From the NCBI RefSeq assembly GCF_009834535.1, contig NC_045697.1, forward strand, positions 91,080,001 through 91,140,000: 60,000 nucleotides of DNA. The letters run 5' to 3'. Below, piece by piece: positions 24,341 to 38,882 of this stretch. The notes under the pieces were generated by a model. That model made no database searches. It was not told the DNA's origin and saw only the letters and a list, made by a program, of their open reading frames with translations. A program made the position numbers and the translations under genes. The stretch's first letter is position 1; each line of letters starts with the position of its first letter. The DNA comes from Camelus ferus. Its lineage: Eukaryota.

Positions 24341-24899
24341 TTAGGTACATTTATTCCTGTCTCCTTCCCTATCCAGGCTCCGTATAGGGACAGATACTGC
24401 ATAGAACTTATTTTAAACCTGTGAACCTCACTTCTTGAGAACCACAGACTTGATCCTGAAAGTTGCCTATACACTGAAGGTTTTATAAATCAAATCCTAT
24501 TTTAAATGTGCAGAGGAACTTTTTGACAGAGCCTCTATCCCTAAAAGTCATTGTGGGTTTGGCATCCTGTTCAACCTGACTGGGGCCAGAGGAAGTGAAC
24601 TATAATGACATGCAGATGCATCATTGCTCTCTGGAAACAGTGTTTGGGTCCAGATGGGGTTAGGGAGAAAGGCCTGATAGTTCCTGTTGAGACAAGAATG
24701 CTGGTCCACTGAGCTTGCTGGTGAGGAGAGAAAGATAAAGGAGTTTATAGGGGGAAAATGCAGGTTAACAGGAAGGAACTCTGGATCAACTGAGAACCTA
24801 CTGGAAGAACATTAAAAACAGGTAAGGAAAAAAACACAGACAAGAGAAAGAAAAGAGACAATTAGGAAACACCCAGGATAATAGCTTGTCATCACGAAA

Positions 24900-25090
24900 G
24901 CTCCCATTTGTAAAGCACCTGTTATGTGACAGGCCCAGGCCTGGATGCTTTATCAACAACACTTAACTTTTTCTCTCACTCTCCAATGAACTGGATATTA
25001 TTACCCGCTTGGTTGATGGGAAAACTGAAGCTTCACAATATTGCAGTCACTTGGCTACTAAGTGGTAGAGTCAGAATTGGGATTCAGACT
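24900..25090 (-). mobile_element. MIR SINE
   Basis: gatgggaaaactgaagcttc...agtggtagagtcagaattgg. Confidence 0.7.
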
Positions 25091-26654
25091 CCAATACCCA
25101 TTTTCTTCCCAGGAGGTATAGACTCAATTGGGAAGAGAGTAAGTGCCCAGAACTATGAGAGAGTCTTGCCATAGGGCCCCCAAAATGCTGGTGAATGGTT
25201 TTTGCATAAAGCTGAGAAAGGAAGAATTAAAGTTGAGGAGAACGAACAAAGGGCACCCTTCCTCAAACAGGGTACAAAGATTGGTGGCCGATGTGCATCA
25301 CACTCTTGGATGTGATCTCAAATGCAGAGCATGGCAGAGAGAGGAGGCTAGGAATGGTCCACTTTCTGAAAGAGAAATGAAACCTTTCTCTTTGATTCCT
25401 CTAAATATTGACAGAAGAAAATTACCCAAAGCTCATAGTAGCAGGAATCCACCTGACAGTTGTCATTTTATCCCAGGGGTTTGCTATAAATGAATCCTGT
25501 GGTGAGTCTTGAAGAGAATGTAAGTAACATCCTTTCTCCAATTTATCTTTTCTCTAAATCTGACTTTTCAGAACTTAGATTTTTTGATAGTAAATTGAAA
25601 CCATAAAGAATAGATTTCCAAATATTTACCAAATGTCCTATTTATTTTGAAAAATATTCAACACCAAGAAACTACAGTGTTGGGAAGATATTTGGCCACC
25701 TCCTTAACGTTCATCATAATGACTTGATTTGTGACTGAAAATAAAGTGTTAATTAAAATAAAATTTAGGGGGGAACATCACTTTTATTTTCAAAACTTAA
25801 AGTAAATTGCCATTCAGAATTCAGCAGTTTTTACCATAGCAGGCCTGGAAACAACGTGATATATATTTAATCACAAAGAATGCCACCCAGTGGTAACAGT
25901 GGTACTGGGGTTATGATTATGTTTTAATTCATTTTGTGCTGAAGGGCATGGCCATTTACAGAGCCATCCTATAAAACATGTCATGTACTAAGTCACCTCA
26001 TGTTATCAGCATCTTCCTGGAGGAATAGGCAGTGGATTTTTTTCCAGTTCATGCTGTGCAATCTCTTCCTCATGTGTGTGAACTTTGCAGGATGTCAAGT
26101 GCCCCATTAAAAATGAATGGAGTGTTTGAAGGGCTCCTGCAAACCTTCTAATGATCTTCCCCTTTGAAAAGACAGCATTTTATTGTGTAAATTACAAAAC
26201 AACACAGCCTTGCATAAAGAAAGCGGAAAACTGGCATTAAACCAAGAAAGAACCTGGACCTCAATCTTAGATCCTGGGAGCCATTCAAATGTTGCAACAG
26301 AATCATTTCTTTGAGTTGCGTGGGAACACTGACAGACCAGGAAATCCTTTACAATGTGGAGTTTGGTGCTAAGACTTATTCTCAGGTGGAACCCAAGTGA
26401 AGATCATTGTACTCACTGTTGGGCCTTATCCTCTGTTTCCTCAATAGCATTATGATTCCCACCCCCCGACCCCGTCCCCCTCAGTCACAGTGTGGGAAAA
26501 CCCCTCCTTCAGCGGCTGCTGTTATCCCCAGTGTTACTGATATCACAACTACCTGATGTTGCTGTGTTCGTTTCTTTTCAGCTGAGTTTTCATAGTACTC
26601 CAAAAAGTAGAGACTCAGGGTTAGAAAGTTCCTTGAAGAGCTTAAACCTCTTTT

Positions 26655-27900
26655 CTTTTTCTGAGCTGCATTGGTGTATAATTGACAAAATTATAAGATA
26701 TTTAAAGTGTACATTGTGATGATTTGATATATATATACATCGTGAAGGGATTCCCACCCTCAAGTTAACACATCCATCATCTCACATAGTCGTCCTTTTT
26801 TTTTTTTTTTTTTGGTGAGAACATTTAAGTTTCACTTTCTTAGCAAATTTCAGTTATACAATATAGTATACTATCAACTGTAGTCATTATGTTTTACATT
26901 AGTTCCTCAGACCTTATTCATTTTATAGCTGAAAGTTTATACCCTTTACCAACATCTATTTCAAAGGCCCACCCCCACTGCCCCAGTCACTTTTCTGGCA
27001 ACCAGTTTTATACTCTGTTTCTGTGAGTTTGACTTTTTTTCTTTAAGATTTCACACATAAATGATACTATGCAGAATTTGTCTTTCTCTATCTGACTTAT
27101 TTCACTTAGTATAATGTCCTCAGAATCCATCTGTGTTGTCACAAGTGGCAGTTTTCCTTTTTTCTTATGTCTGAATAATATTCCATTGTATGTATGCCAC
27201 ATCTTCTTTATGCATTTATCCATTGATGGACATATAGATTGTTTCCATGTCTTAGCTACTGTGAATAATGCTGCAGTGAACCTGGTGTACAGATATCTTT
27301 TCAAATGAGTGTTTTTGTTTTCTTTGGCTATATACTCAGAAGTAGGATTGCTGAATTATATGGTAGTTCTATTTTTAATTTTCAGAGAAACTTTCATATT
27401 GTTTTCCATACTTGGCTATACCATTTACATTTCCCACCAACAGTGCACAAGGGTTCCTTTTCTCCACATCCTTGCCAACACTTGTTACTTCTTGTCTTTT
27501 TGTTAATAGGCCTTCTATCAGGTTTAAAGTGGTATCTCATTATAGGTTTTATTTGCATTTCCCTGATGATTAATGATGTTGAGCACTTTTCATGTACCAG
27601 TTTGTCAATTTTATGTCCTCTATGGAAAATGTTTGTTCAGATCCTCTGCTCATTTTAAAATTGGATGGATTTTTTTTTTATTTTGGCTATTAAGTTGTAT
27701 GACTTCTTTATATATTTTGGGTGTTAACTCCTTATCACATAGGTGATTTGCAAATATTTTTTTCCCTTTCAGTAGGTTGTCTTTTCATTTTGTTGATTTC
27801 CGTTGCAGTGCAGAAGCTTTGTAGTTTGATGTAGTCCCATTTGTTTATTTTAGGTGTCAAATCCACAAAATCATTGCCAAGCCCCCATGTCAAGGAGTTA
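26655..27900 (-). mobile_element. LINE-1 3' 1.25 kb (L1MA-like; ORF2 end plus 3' UTR)
   Basis: ORF 27008-27304 reads FTAALFTVAKTWKQSICPSMDKCIKKMW; typical antisense L1 3' UTR. Confidence 0.95.
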
Positions 27901-30900
27901 AAACGCCTTTCGATAGCCCTCTTCCAGTTGCCCGTGCCGACAGCAGCCTCAGCCTACACCTGAGTGAATTTGTCTTCATGACATCTTCTGGCTTCTCTGC
28001 AGCTATGGAAGGGGCGGGATCATCTATGATTAGCATAGAGAAAGCACCAGGATTTATTAAACATTTTCTGATTCTTAGACAGTGTTCCCAGTGTGGAGAT
28101 ACCCTGGGGCTCATTGATTTTCATGGCTTCCTGATTATTTGGAAAAGGACCTTTTTTTGACATTTTGTGGATTTTATAATTTCTATTTAAAGGTGTATCT
28201 TACATCTGGGTATATTATTGTTGTCGTGTTCATTTTAGACAGAGTAATATGGGCAGAAACATGCTTTCATGCTGTAAAATTGTTAGCTTATTAAAACTAT
28301 CATCTGACAATTAGCTCTGAATTATTTATATTTTTTCATGACTTTTTTTTTTTCATAAACTGTTGACAGTGATAACAGGACCAGGACTATAAGCTGGTAC
28401 AGGAAAGTGATTGACTTGTCTGCTTTTCTTGACCTTAGGGAAAGTTGCAGACAGCATTATCTTTATCATGACTTGTCACTTTATATATACCTACTACTTA
28501 AAGGTGCATTCCAGCTACTGGAGGGAAGCAGTACACCTCTTTCCTTGTGCCTTGGGTTAAAAGTATGCCTAAATTTTGATAAAAGCTTACCTGTCAGAAA
28601 AGGCAGAATGTCAAGAGTCCATCCCAAAATACTGAGTCATTCTACGACTCCTTAGTGGGTTCAAGAGACCAGTCCTAAAACTTCACAATATAACTGAGTC
28701 TACTTGGTCCACATCAGAATCAACTTGCTGCTTGGCTTCTCATTAATCTCCTGTTCCTCATTCAATCACTGGTTAACTCCAGGTTGTTTTCTGGTTCCTC
28801 CTTTGTTTGTCACATTTCAGCTTGACATTCTAGACAGGCTATTCCTCCCCTGCTTCATCTGCCCAGCCTGAGATGGTTTACCTTCCTGGACCACCAACTT
28901 TCTCCTGAAAGAGACACACAATTGACTACTTATCCTTGTTCTCCATACCCCACAGAGTGTCACCTGCAAACTTGGTCTTGGACACTGCTTGGAATGAATG
29001 GCTCCTAACCAGGGAGATGTATAAATAAATACAACTTTCCAGTGGAAGTTGAGGGATGGCATTGTGTTTAGGGTCCATGTAACTTTTTGCCTCCTTTATC
29101 CTCATGATCCAGAAGTCTGCTTCTGCTGGGCCCACTTCAGCCTCCCTCACAATTGCAAGGAAAAAAAAATCTGTAGATGGGAGAGCACATCTCATCTAGG
29201 GGACATAGCCTGAAGATAGGAATAGTAGTGAAACCAAGAAGGTTATGTTTGGTGAACTAGCTTGACCAGAGTTCATGTTTCAAGTTGGAGAGTTTCAAGT
29301 AAGAAGAAGGTAAGTGAAGTAAGAATATTAAAGACCATTATTAAAGAATTTGGAATTTGATAGTTAAAAATCATTAGAGATATTTTTATAAATTACTGAT
29401 TTTTAGGATAACCATTTACTTCATAAAAGGTGTAAAAACCTCTCACTAATTAGAGAGTTTATTTTCCTTGAAGTTCTCTCATTTATTGCTTTATTTATTT
29501 TGAGACTGTGTTATTCATTGCAGCACAACTTGAGAGCTGTTACATCTTCCTTGTAAGTTGACTTTTGTCATCTGGAATGATGAATTTTGATTAAGTCTAG
29601 TTTGTGTGATATTAATACTCTAACACCAGTTCATTCTTTTCTTCTTTCTTTCCTTTTCTTTCTTTGGTTAATGTTTGCCCTACAGTGAAGTGTTCTCTTT
29701 GCTTTTGGAATATCTTGGAGTTTTTCTTCCTGCCTTCCCAACCTATCTTCACTGTGTCCTTTTCTTCTTTCTTTTTTTTTTTTTCCCCTTCTACTCCTGA
29801 TTACACTGAAAACCCAGGCCTTGAACCTATAGGTATGTGTACATGGATGCACATACTAACTTGTATGTGCTGCTCATTACCTTTGTCCTACGGGACTTTA
29901 TCTCATGGCTTTAACTGTGACCCTGTCTTTGAAGCTAGATTTTATGTCTTCTTTCCAGTTTCATATTTCTAACTGCCTCTCAGCCTGCTTCCATCCTCTT
30001 CCCTTCAAAAATAAACCTTTTGCCTGTATTATCTACCCCATTCTCTTTTTCTGTTGGACTTGGAATCATCTTCTTTTCTCCTTTACTCTTTGCATTATGC
30101 TGCCATAAATCCCTTGGCCCTGGCTGGAATGCTAACAGACTCTCGGCAGTAAGTTCACAGTGAAGGAGCGAAGCCAGAGTTCGAGGGCACGGTAACTAAT
30201 AGCAGCTATCTGACAGACTATCTACCGTAGTTCTTTCTCTAACTCTCAATTTCTACTCTTTTGAAGCCCAGGTTATAATAACTATCCTGGAGAGTTCTTC
30301 AGTCTAAGATTCCAAAATTCTTAATCAGGGTCTTTTTGGTGAAAGTGACATTTCAGTGAAAATCTGGCAGCATTTCCCTTGATTGGAAAAGGAATCGAGA
30401 CTCAGATGAAGATTCTGGGAAGCCATGACTTCACAATGTGTAAAGCCTGTGTTGATAGCTTGTGAAAAGGGATGGTAGGAAATGCCTGTCCCAATGAGGA
30501 TAAGTTCTTCCTAATTAGAATATTGTTTCCAAGTTCTCCCTGGACCCCACGATGAACTTTAAAAAAGAAAAAAAATTCTTCCTAGAAGATTTTCCATTAT
30601 TTTTCTCTTTTCTATATGAGCAGCATGGATGAAAGAGTTCTCTGATTGAGGCTCACATCTAACTATTGGGCCATGGCAGCTGGTATTGAGCATCACTATT
30701 GGTTGCCATATAAGGAAGCTAGCGGGGTTTGCAGTTTTAAATGTTATTGTTTTTCTCTATAGTAATATCCCTGCACTCCTCTTGGTTATCTCTCTCTAGT
30801 GATATAAAATGCCCTGACTTCTGTGAGAAGTCTCTAACCTTTAGAAATCCTCATCCAGCTTTCTTTTACTGGAGAATTGGTTTTCACTGAGAAAATGCTC

Positions 30901-31857
30901 CTTCTTTTTACTGAACAGTGAACTGAGAGCCCTTAAGTAGAGTGGAGAGAGATGGCAGTGGGGCAGGTCGAATTTGCTATTCTTTCCCCCGAGGAGAATG
31001 AGACATCTAGTTCTCTGGAATCTAGAGTTTCAGGGGTCCATCTGAAAAGAAAAAGGCATTCCTTGGTTATTGTGACCTATTTAAGAATTCTGTGGAAGTT
31101 GCAATCATTTGAGGTTTTCTAAGAAAAGAAAAAGGAAGTCTAAATATAATCCTAAAAGGCAATTAACCTGACAACAAAACACCAAGTTGCAGAGATTATT
31201 TCTTTGGAAATTGGCAAAATAGGCAAAAACCTTCCATGGCTATTACTAGCTGTCCCTGCTGCTACACTTTATTTCATGTGCTCTCTTCCTGGCAACACTC
31301 TTGATCTTCTTCCATGTGGGCTTCCCCAAGCTTCATGCCCAGGGGCACACACATCCTACTCCTCCCATCTGGAAAACTCTGCTCACTTTTTCCTCAAGCT
31401 CTCTTCCCACCTGCCTTCAAAAAGTAGCTTAAGAACACTTCACAGAGATACCCTGAATGCCAGCTCTTCCATTATGCCCTTAGTTCTTTCTCCCAACCTC
31501 CTAACTCTTAAAGTCTATTAGCAGTGTATCACATCCACTGTTCTCTAATGTGGGACAGTGGAGAATGCAGGGCTAGGCTCTTTGATCGGTGGTAGGGATG
31601 GATTTCTCCTGGTTCACGCACCCTCTGCCATTCAGTGTGCCAGCAGTGCTGGTGGTTTAGGCCGACTGTGGAACAACGTGAGGCTCATCTCAGCTCAGTC
31701 GAACAGATGCAGCCTGCAGCAAGCAATGTACTGTGTCATACTTTCCTGTCCCTGATCTCTATGTACATCTGAACTTCATTGTTTCTCTCTTGTGGCAGGT
31801 GTTTCCATAGATTTTGTGCTTGCATATATTAAGGAATGTTGCATAGTTGAAAGATGA

Positions 31858-32090
31858 TAATAAGAGCAGCTAACAATTACTGAGAACTCAGTGTTGTAGG
31901 CATTCTCTTAAGCATTCATTTAATGTGTACTAAACTCAGTAACTCATTTAATCCTCCCATCATTCCTATGAAGTAAGTATTATCCCATTTTATGGTTGGG
32001 TAAATTAAAGTACAGAGAGATGAGGTTACTTTTCTAGGGTGACACAGCTCATAAATGCCAAAGTTCAAGGTCCTAATCCCAAGACCATGG
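31858..32090 (-). mobile_element. MIR SINE
   Basis: aactcatttaatcctccc...tattatcccattttatgg. Confidence 0.8.
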
Positions 32091-33129
32091 TCACTAGGCT
32101 TTGGGGCCATACAAGATATGCAGGGCTTAATGAACATGGACTGGACTCATGAGGCAGTTTGGTCATCTGATATTCTCATTAAACTTTATTCGAAGAAGTG
32201 GCTCAGAGAGAAAGTTTATGGAGCTTAGAAATTTCATCTAGGTGAGACCTTAGAGGTCATGCTGTCAAGGAACCTGAGGCCCTGGAGCAGTTAGATGAGC
32301 GTCTTGTGGGCTTCATCTCATCTGACCTGGATCTTCCTGTCAAGGCTGCCAACAGGAATGAACAGTGCTTAGTCTGTATTGTGTGTTCACAGTGTTCCAG
32401 GTGCCAACCAGAATTCTCATGAAGTGGAAGTTTTGCACCTCTGAGTTTTCTATAGTAGGACATGGCTATAGTTTTAATGTTATAGTGATTCAAATCATTA
32501 GAAGGTAAATATGTACAATAATTAAAACCTTTCTTATTTTATATAAAAGGAATATGTTGGAAACTTAGATTTAGCAACTAACTTTTATTTAGAACTGCCA
32601 TTGCATCTAACAAAGTATGTTCACAATCTAAATCTGACACTTTCAGGATTATTTTACTAAAATCTAAAAAAGTAATTTGTCATACTGATCTATAAAAGTG
32701 TGAATTACCCTGGGGATTAGGAGGAGAGTTTCTGTAGTAATTAGGTGTGCCAGAAATAATTTCCTCCCTCCCCCTCTTCTTCCTTCCTTTTCTACATTTA
32801 CTTGCATTGGTCTTGGTCTCTTGTGTCATTCTTCCGGGATTGTCTAACATAATGAATTTTTCTTCCTCTCCCCTAGAAAGTACCAATATTTCCATTATTC
32901 ATGGAGTGATACATGTGTGCATTTATTTGATCTTGTGGTATTTCAAAGAACTATAAAATCCCAAATCAGGAATGTCCAGGGAAAGGGAATTTTAATGGAA
33001 TACATTTTTCTCTTGAACTGAGGGTTAATCAGGACCCTTCTCTCCATAATTTTTCAGCTTCTTGGTTGCAATTTTTTTTCCAAATCCATGAGTGTATTAC
33101 TCTCTGGATTTTGATGAAATGAGAGGCTA

Positions 33130-33510
33130 TCTGGTGAAAAATACAAATTGGCTGGCAGTCATAAGCCCCGTGTTCAAGTCTGTTTTTTTTTCACTTGCCA
33201 GCTCTACAGTACCTGGGGAGTTATCGATCTTCATTAAGCCTGCTGTACAATGGAGATGGTAACACTTGGCTTACCTACTTCAGGGCTGTAGAGTCTATCA
33301 CGTTAGATAAAGAAAGCAGAAGAGCATTGAACAAGTCTTAGGTTTTATTTGGAAGATGACAACTACTAAGTTTTGAGTGTCAGGGGCCAGGTGCTCTATA
33401 CACATTATTGTTATTTCTACAACAAGCCTAAAATGTATTTTTTTTTTTTAATAGTTGAGAAAAGTGAGGTTTGGGAGATAAGTGAATTGCCCAAGATTAC
33501 ATAAATAGCA
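33130..33510. mobile_element. Two degenerate MIR fragments in opposite orientation
   Basis: Plus copy at about 33130-33310; minus copy at about 33360-33510 (ttgagaaaagtgaggtttgggagataagtgaattgcccaag). Confidence 0.55.
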
Positions 33511-33632
33511 GTGGAACCAATTTCCTTTACAGCAAATTGTTTCCTTGATTAATCAAAGGCCTTTCTTCTAGGCACCAGTCCTTGCAGAGAAATAAAGTAT
33601 AGAAGATTGGTCAGAAGTGTACTAACCTTAGG

Positions 33633-34110
33633 ATGTATTGTTTCGCTTAGGGCTTTTTTCATGTATAAGAAACCTTAGGTTTCAGAGATTTCAGAGAAAT
33701 CCAGACAGAAATTGAATTATAGTTGGATCTAAAGGGAAGCTGTCATGAATCAAGGCCATTCTTGCCCTCCCTCTCCTCCTCTCTGTGGCCACATAATCAA
33801 AATATTTTTTTTTTGCATGTTGCCTCCACCCTCTTTTCCCTATTGCCTGGCTCTCACAACCACGGCATGTATGTGACGCATAATAGGGACTCCAGAATTG
33901 TCTACATCATGGCACCTCCTGGTGTGTCCATTTGGCTTTTGCCCCTACCTCTAACTGAAAATTTCCCTAGAGTCTTTTGGTTCAGATTCCTAAGGGAGGA
34001 ATCTGATTGGCTGACCTCATCTGTTCTACTCGGATCCCGGGTCATTGATTGCTGACATGCCCATGGATTGGCTGCCTTTGCATTAGATGTCCTCCTCTGG
34101 TTATGCCCAT
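33633..34110 (-). mobile_element. Old ERVL-type LTR (LTR33/LTR41-like)
   Basis: ttcagattcctaagggaggaatctgattggctg and ggattggctgcc motifs. Confidence 0.5.
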
Positions 34111-35409
34111 TTAGCAGAAGTGGTGGGAAGAGAAGGAAATGAGAGTAATATTAAATCTATGTCTGTTACATCTATTATAGAAGGTATTTGTTTTTTCTTT
34201 ATTTTTGCAATCCCTGATGTTTTCCCAGCTTTATAGAGATATAATTGACCTAACCTTAATATTTTATTGTTACCTTTCAGCCCTTATTCATTTTTTTCCA
34301 AAATACCCCTGCTTCCAAGTCTCAATAATTGGGTCCCAGGTGATCCAAATTTTGTGGTAAAGGCACTAGGAAACACTGCAGCTTGTTTTTATGTTCTGCT
34401 TCACCATTACTTATGTTGGCTCTGTAGTTACATATGTCATTACTTTATATATTTTTGAAGGAAGTAGTAGTAAAATGTCACAGTATTTCAAAAGCTCTTC
34501 TTTCTGTTAACAGAAGCAAACATGTCCCCAGATTATTCCTGGAATATCTGTAATTTAATTTTTAAAATTCTTGAAATAGGATATTCAAGGGTCTGTAAGC
34601 AATGTGATTACATGGAAAGTGAAAAGAAGCGACTATGCTCTAGGAAGAACTGCAGAACTTGGAACTGTGAACCGACCTTAGATGTGTTTACTTTTCCCCA
34701 TGCTTCCTGGTTTGTTTGAATTTTTTTTTCTCTTTGCTACTAGATTTTGGCAGGAAGGCTTCTCTTTCTGTTTATCCAAACATCTACTTTACCCACAAAC
34801 TTTTTTCTTTCACTGTGGCTGATATTGAATATATATCACCCAGCTCAGCATAAACTGCAATGGAGTGGGCAGTCTTTGTATCAACTATGAGCCAGAAATG
34901 GAACTGGAACTTAATTAATATCTATTTTATTATTGTAAAACAAATAGCACCCATCTAAAACCCCATCACACTGAGTTGGATAGCTGAAACTTTCGTATTG
35001 TTCATGGCTTAACTTACTTCTAAGATTTATATGCCTCTTGAAGAGAAGGTATTCATCACTACTTGAAGTTTAACTGTCTGTTTTTGGTATGGGCTTCTGT
35101 TGTTTCCAATTCTTATTCTTAATTTTACCCATAAACTGGAAGCCTTCACTTTCCTAGTGAGGTACTAGATTCTTTAGATGTAAACTTGATTATATTGTGA
35201 AGCGTGGGCTCATGTGTCTTTAGACTTTAATTCTACAACCCTTGTCAGTTGCCTTGTATATAAGACTCAGATTGGGTTAAAGAATCTATTCCTCTATGAG
35301 TTGACATCAGCTTCCGGTTATTGGCCCTCTTCCTACTCTACATGATACATACTTTCTCTGGGCAAATATCTCTCCAAAAGTCTACTAGATATCTCCATCC
35401 AGTTTAAAT

Positions 35410-35680
35410 GCTTGCTCTGTCTCTTTAACTGTGTAACCTTGGGCAAGTTACTTAATCTCTCAGTTTCCTCATCTCTAAAATAACCTTACAGAGTCATTTT
35501 GAGGGCTAATAAAGTTAATATATGTGAAGTGCCTAAAATAGTGCCTGAGACCCCGTATGCACTATTAAGCAAGCCCTATTATTTGCATCCATGTTTGTAT
35601 TTCTATGCCTAGCACAGTGCCTACCACTTAGCATACCACTTAGTACCTACCACATCCATTAAATAATTATCTACGAAATG
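35410..35680 (+). mobile_element. MIR followed by an L2 tail
   Basis: ctgtgtaaccttgggcaagttacttaatctctcagtttcctcatc; gcctagcacagtgcct...gaaatgaatg. Confidence 0.8.
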
Positions 35681-38284
35681 AATGTTGATATCTTGTTACT
35701 CAGCCCTAATCATCACCCTCAAATTTACAACATCTCATTAGCCCCAGACATCATCGTTTTTATTTAACATCTACTATGTACAAGGCATGGCCTTAGGGCC
35801 AATACATGACCAGATACAGGGGACACATATTCATAGGGAAATAAGACACAGTAAACAGTAACTGTGACTCTAGACAGAAGGAGGTGAAACTGATGATGCG
35901 TTTTAGGATGTCACAGAAATGGAAGAACGAAGGTGTGGTGTTTCTCATTTTTGTCTGCAGATTACTGAAGAATAGTGGAAATGTTATGTTCTTCATGATT
36001 TTGACAAACGTGATTAAAAACACCAAGGTAAATGGGTATATTTTTAGAAACATGAAAAATAACTGCAGCAATGTATTTGACTTTTTAAAAATATCACTGT
36101 CAGTGGAAGTGAGAGAGTGACCTAAACTGCTTCTTTGGACCAAAATTGCCATTTGACTGCTCATCATGCAGCCACTGGCTACATTTTGAATGCCTTCCCT
36201 GAGTCTCCAGTTTTCACTTCATGATATTTGTTTCCAATATCACGTTCCATGTTGATTTAAAAACATTTTTTTTATCCATGTTAGATTTTGACTTCTGAGC
36301 CTGATGGCCTTTGCACCTTAGAAAAGGATTATAAAAACACATATTAATATTAAGATGGTCATCTCCTTTTATAAACAGCGGAAATCTTTTGCAAATATTA
36401 AACCACCTTTCCAGTTTTCCCCATATAAGTCATGTTTCCTTGGAGCTGTCCATTTCCTAGTTTGTGCCATGAGAATTTTTGTACTAGGAAGGAAAAAATG
36501 GAAATTACCTGAAACAACAGAAAAATTAATCTAGTTTGAATCAGAGTTGACGTTCTTGATTTCTTTAGGGAGGTAATCATCTTGAAAAGCAGACTTTGTG
36601 CAGAAAGAAGTTATATTGTTTTACTTTTTTTCAAATCTATTAGAATTTTTTAAATTTAGAAATAATTTTAAAGTTACATAAAAGTTGCAAAAGCAGGACA
36701 GAGAGTCCTTGTATTCCCTAACTCTGGTTTCCCCTAATGTTGTTATCTTATATAATCATAGTAAGAGTATGGAAGCCAGGAAATTAACACTGGAATTAAT
36801 ACTGTCATCTTATCTATAGATTTCTTTAAATTTCACCAGATTTCCCAGTAATTTCTTTTTTCTTGTCCAGGATCCAATCCAGGGTCTTACATTATATTTA
36901 GTTGTCATGTCTCCTTAGTCTTCGCCATCTGTGTCATAGCTTCAACCTTTTTTGTCTTTCATGGCCTCAACACTGTTGAGGAGAGCTGATTAGTTACTTA
37001 TAGTGTTCCTTAATTTGGAGTGGACTTTTGTTTTTTCATTATTACATTGAGATCATTACATTTTTTTGGCAAGGTTATCACTCCAGTGACACTGTGCCCA
37101 TCTTAGCACAAACTGTCAGAGGCCACATGATGTCAATATTATTTATTACTGTTGATGTTCGCCATTATCACTTGGTTAAGGTGATGTCTGCCAAGTTCCT
37201 CAACTGTGAAGCTGCTATTTTTCCCTTGGCAATCAATAAGTATCTTCTGGGGAGAGACTATGCAAATATGCTATTTCTTGTCATACTTTTGCCCACTGAT
37301 TTTAGCATCCACTGATGGTTCCTGCCTGAAACATTTATCACTGTGTGTTTGCCTAATGGTGATCTGTTTCCCATAATTTCTTCCAAAGTTATTAATTGAA
37401 ATCCATTGTAAGAAAGAGCTGTCTCTTCTGCTTATGTTTTCAGTTTTAAATTTATATTAGTATGGGCTCATAGGTCATAATTCAATACCATCATTATTTA
37501 TTTTGTTGCTGAAATTGAACCAGCTTTGGTCTTTGGGAGCTCCTTCAAGTTGCTTCTCTGCCCCGAATGATTGTTGAGCATATACTTGGAAGCATAGGTT
37601 GTTCCAGACCATTTTCTTTATTTCTTATCCTACCCCTGGACTCAACTACTTTTCTGGGGTTAATTCTGTAGCCCTGATTCCTTTTATTAAAGAATGGTAT
37701 TTTGAACCAAGATCTGGGCACCAGGCATGCTTATTGCTACAGGATGTCATTGTTTCTGGTCCTTTTCAGTCAGCCTATCAGAAATATGTACATTCATATT
37801 TATTTCTGCATCTAGTCATATGTATACATATTTAAAACCATATGTTCTTACCTTACTCAATGCCACAAATTTCATTCTAGCCTTTCTCTTCTTATTTGTA
37901 GCTTTTTTGGTTGTTGACACTGAGAAACCTAGCTTTTATTATCCACAATATATTTACTTAATCTTTTGATCCTAGTATATACATCAAGTAGGTCAGAATA
38001 TCAACCCATACTGACATAGAGTATAGAATTTTTTGTACTTTTTTTATCCTTACAATATCCAGTCAAAATATTATTTTCCAAAGATACTTAGGTTAGTTTT
38101 TTTATTTGCCACTCACTTTGCTTTGGTTCTGTTAGTATTTGTAATACAATTAGGTTCATTTGTTACTATTTGTATTCCATTTGAGGTTCTCATCATATTC
38201 TGTTGATTTTCATTATTTTTTATATGTGAAAGATTACCATGTGTATTCATCAGTGTTCTCCAGAGAAACAGAACCAATAGACCA

Positions 38285-38402
<118 letters not shown>

Positions 38403-38731
38403 AAATGGGAATTGGCTTATACAATTATGTAGGCTGAGAAGTCCCATGAACTGCTGTCTGCAGGCTGGGAATCCAGGAATGCCAGTGATATAATTCAGTC
38501 CCTGTCCAAAGGCCTGAGAACCAGAGGAATTGATGGTTTAAGTCCCAGTTAGAAGGCAGAAGAAGATGAGATGAGATGTTCCAGCTCAGTATTGAAATAG
38601 GAAAAAAGGGTTGAATTTCTCTTTCCTATGCCCTTTTGCTCTATTCAGGCCCTCACTGAATTGGATAATGCCCACTCACATTGGGGCTCTGATTTACTGA
38701 GTGCACGATTCAAATATTAATGTCATCTGGA

Positions 38732-38882
38732 GCGGGGAAGGTATAGCTCAGTGGTAGAGTGCATGCTTAGCAAGCACGAGGTCCTGGGTTCAGTCCCCAG
38801 GACCTCCATTAAATAGCTACATGAATGAACCTAATTACCCCCCCCAAAAGGTGCAAAACACCAAAGTTAATAGCAAAACCTC
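38732..38882 (+). mobile_element. Camelid tRNA-derived SINE (vic-1-like)
   Basis: ggggaaggtatagctcagtggtagagtgcatgcttagc...gggttcagtcccc (A and B boxes), then aacctaattacccccc; 13-bp TSD aatgtcatctgga (38719-38731 and 38883-38895). Confidence 0.88.

Noticed and set aside
27008..27658. Several 60-117 aa ORFs, some hydrophobic
   Set aside because: Sense and antisense frames of a decayed L1 3' end
36560..36580. Possible 4-nt microexon (ttctttag GGAG gtaatc)
   Set aside because: Not frame-preserving and has no other support; expected by chance
38734..38806. tRNA-Ala-like gene with A and B boxes
   Set aside because: It is the head of a SINE: followed by SINE body and tail, flanked by a 13-bp TSD, and inserted in an LTR
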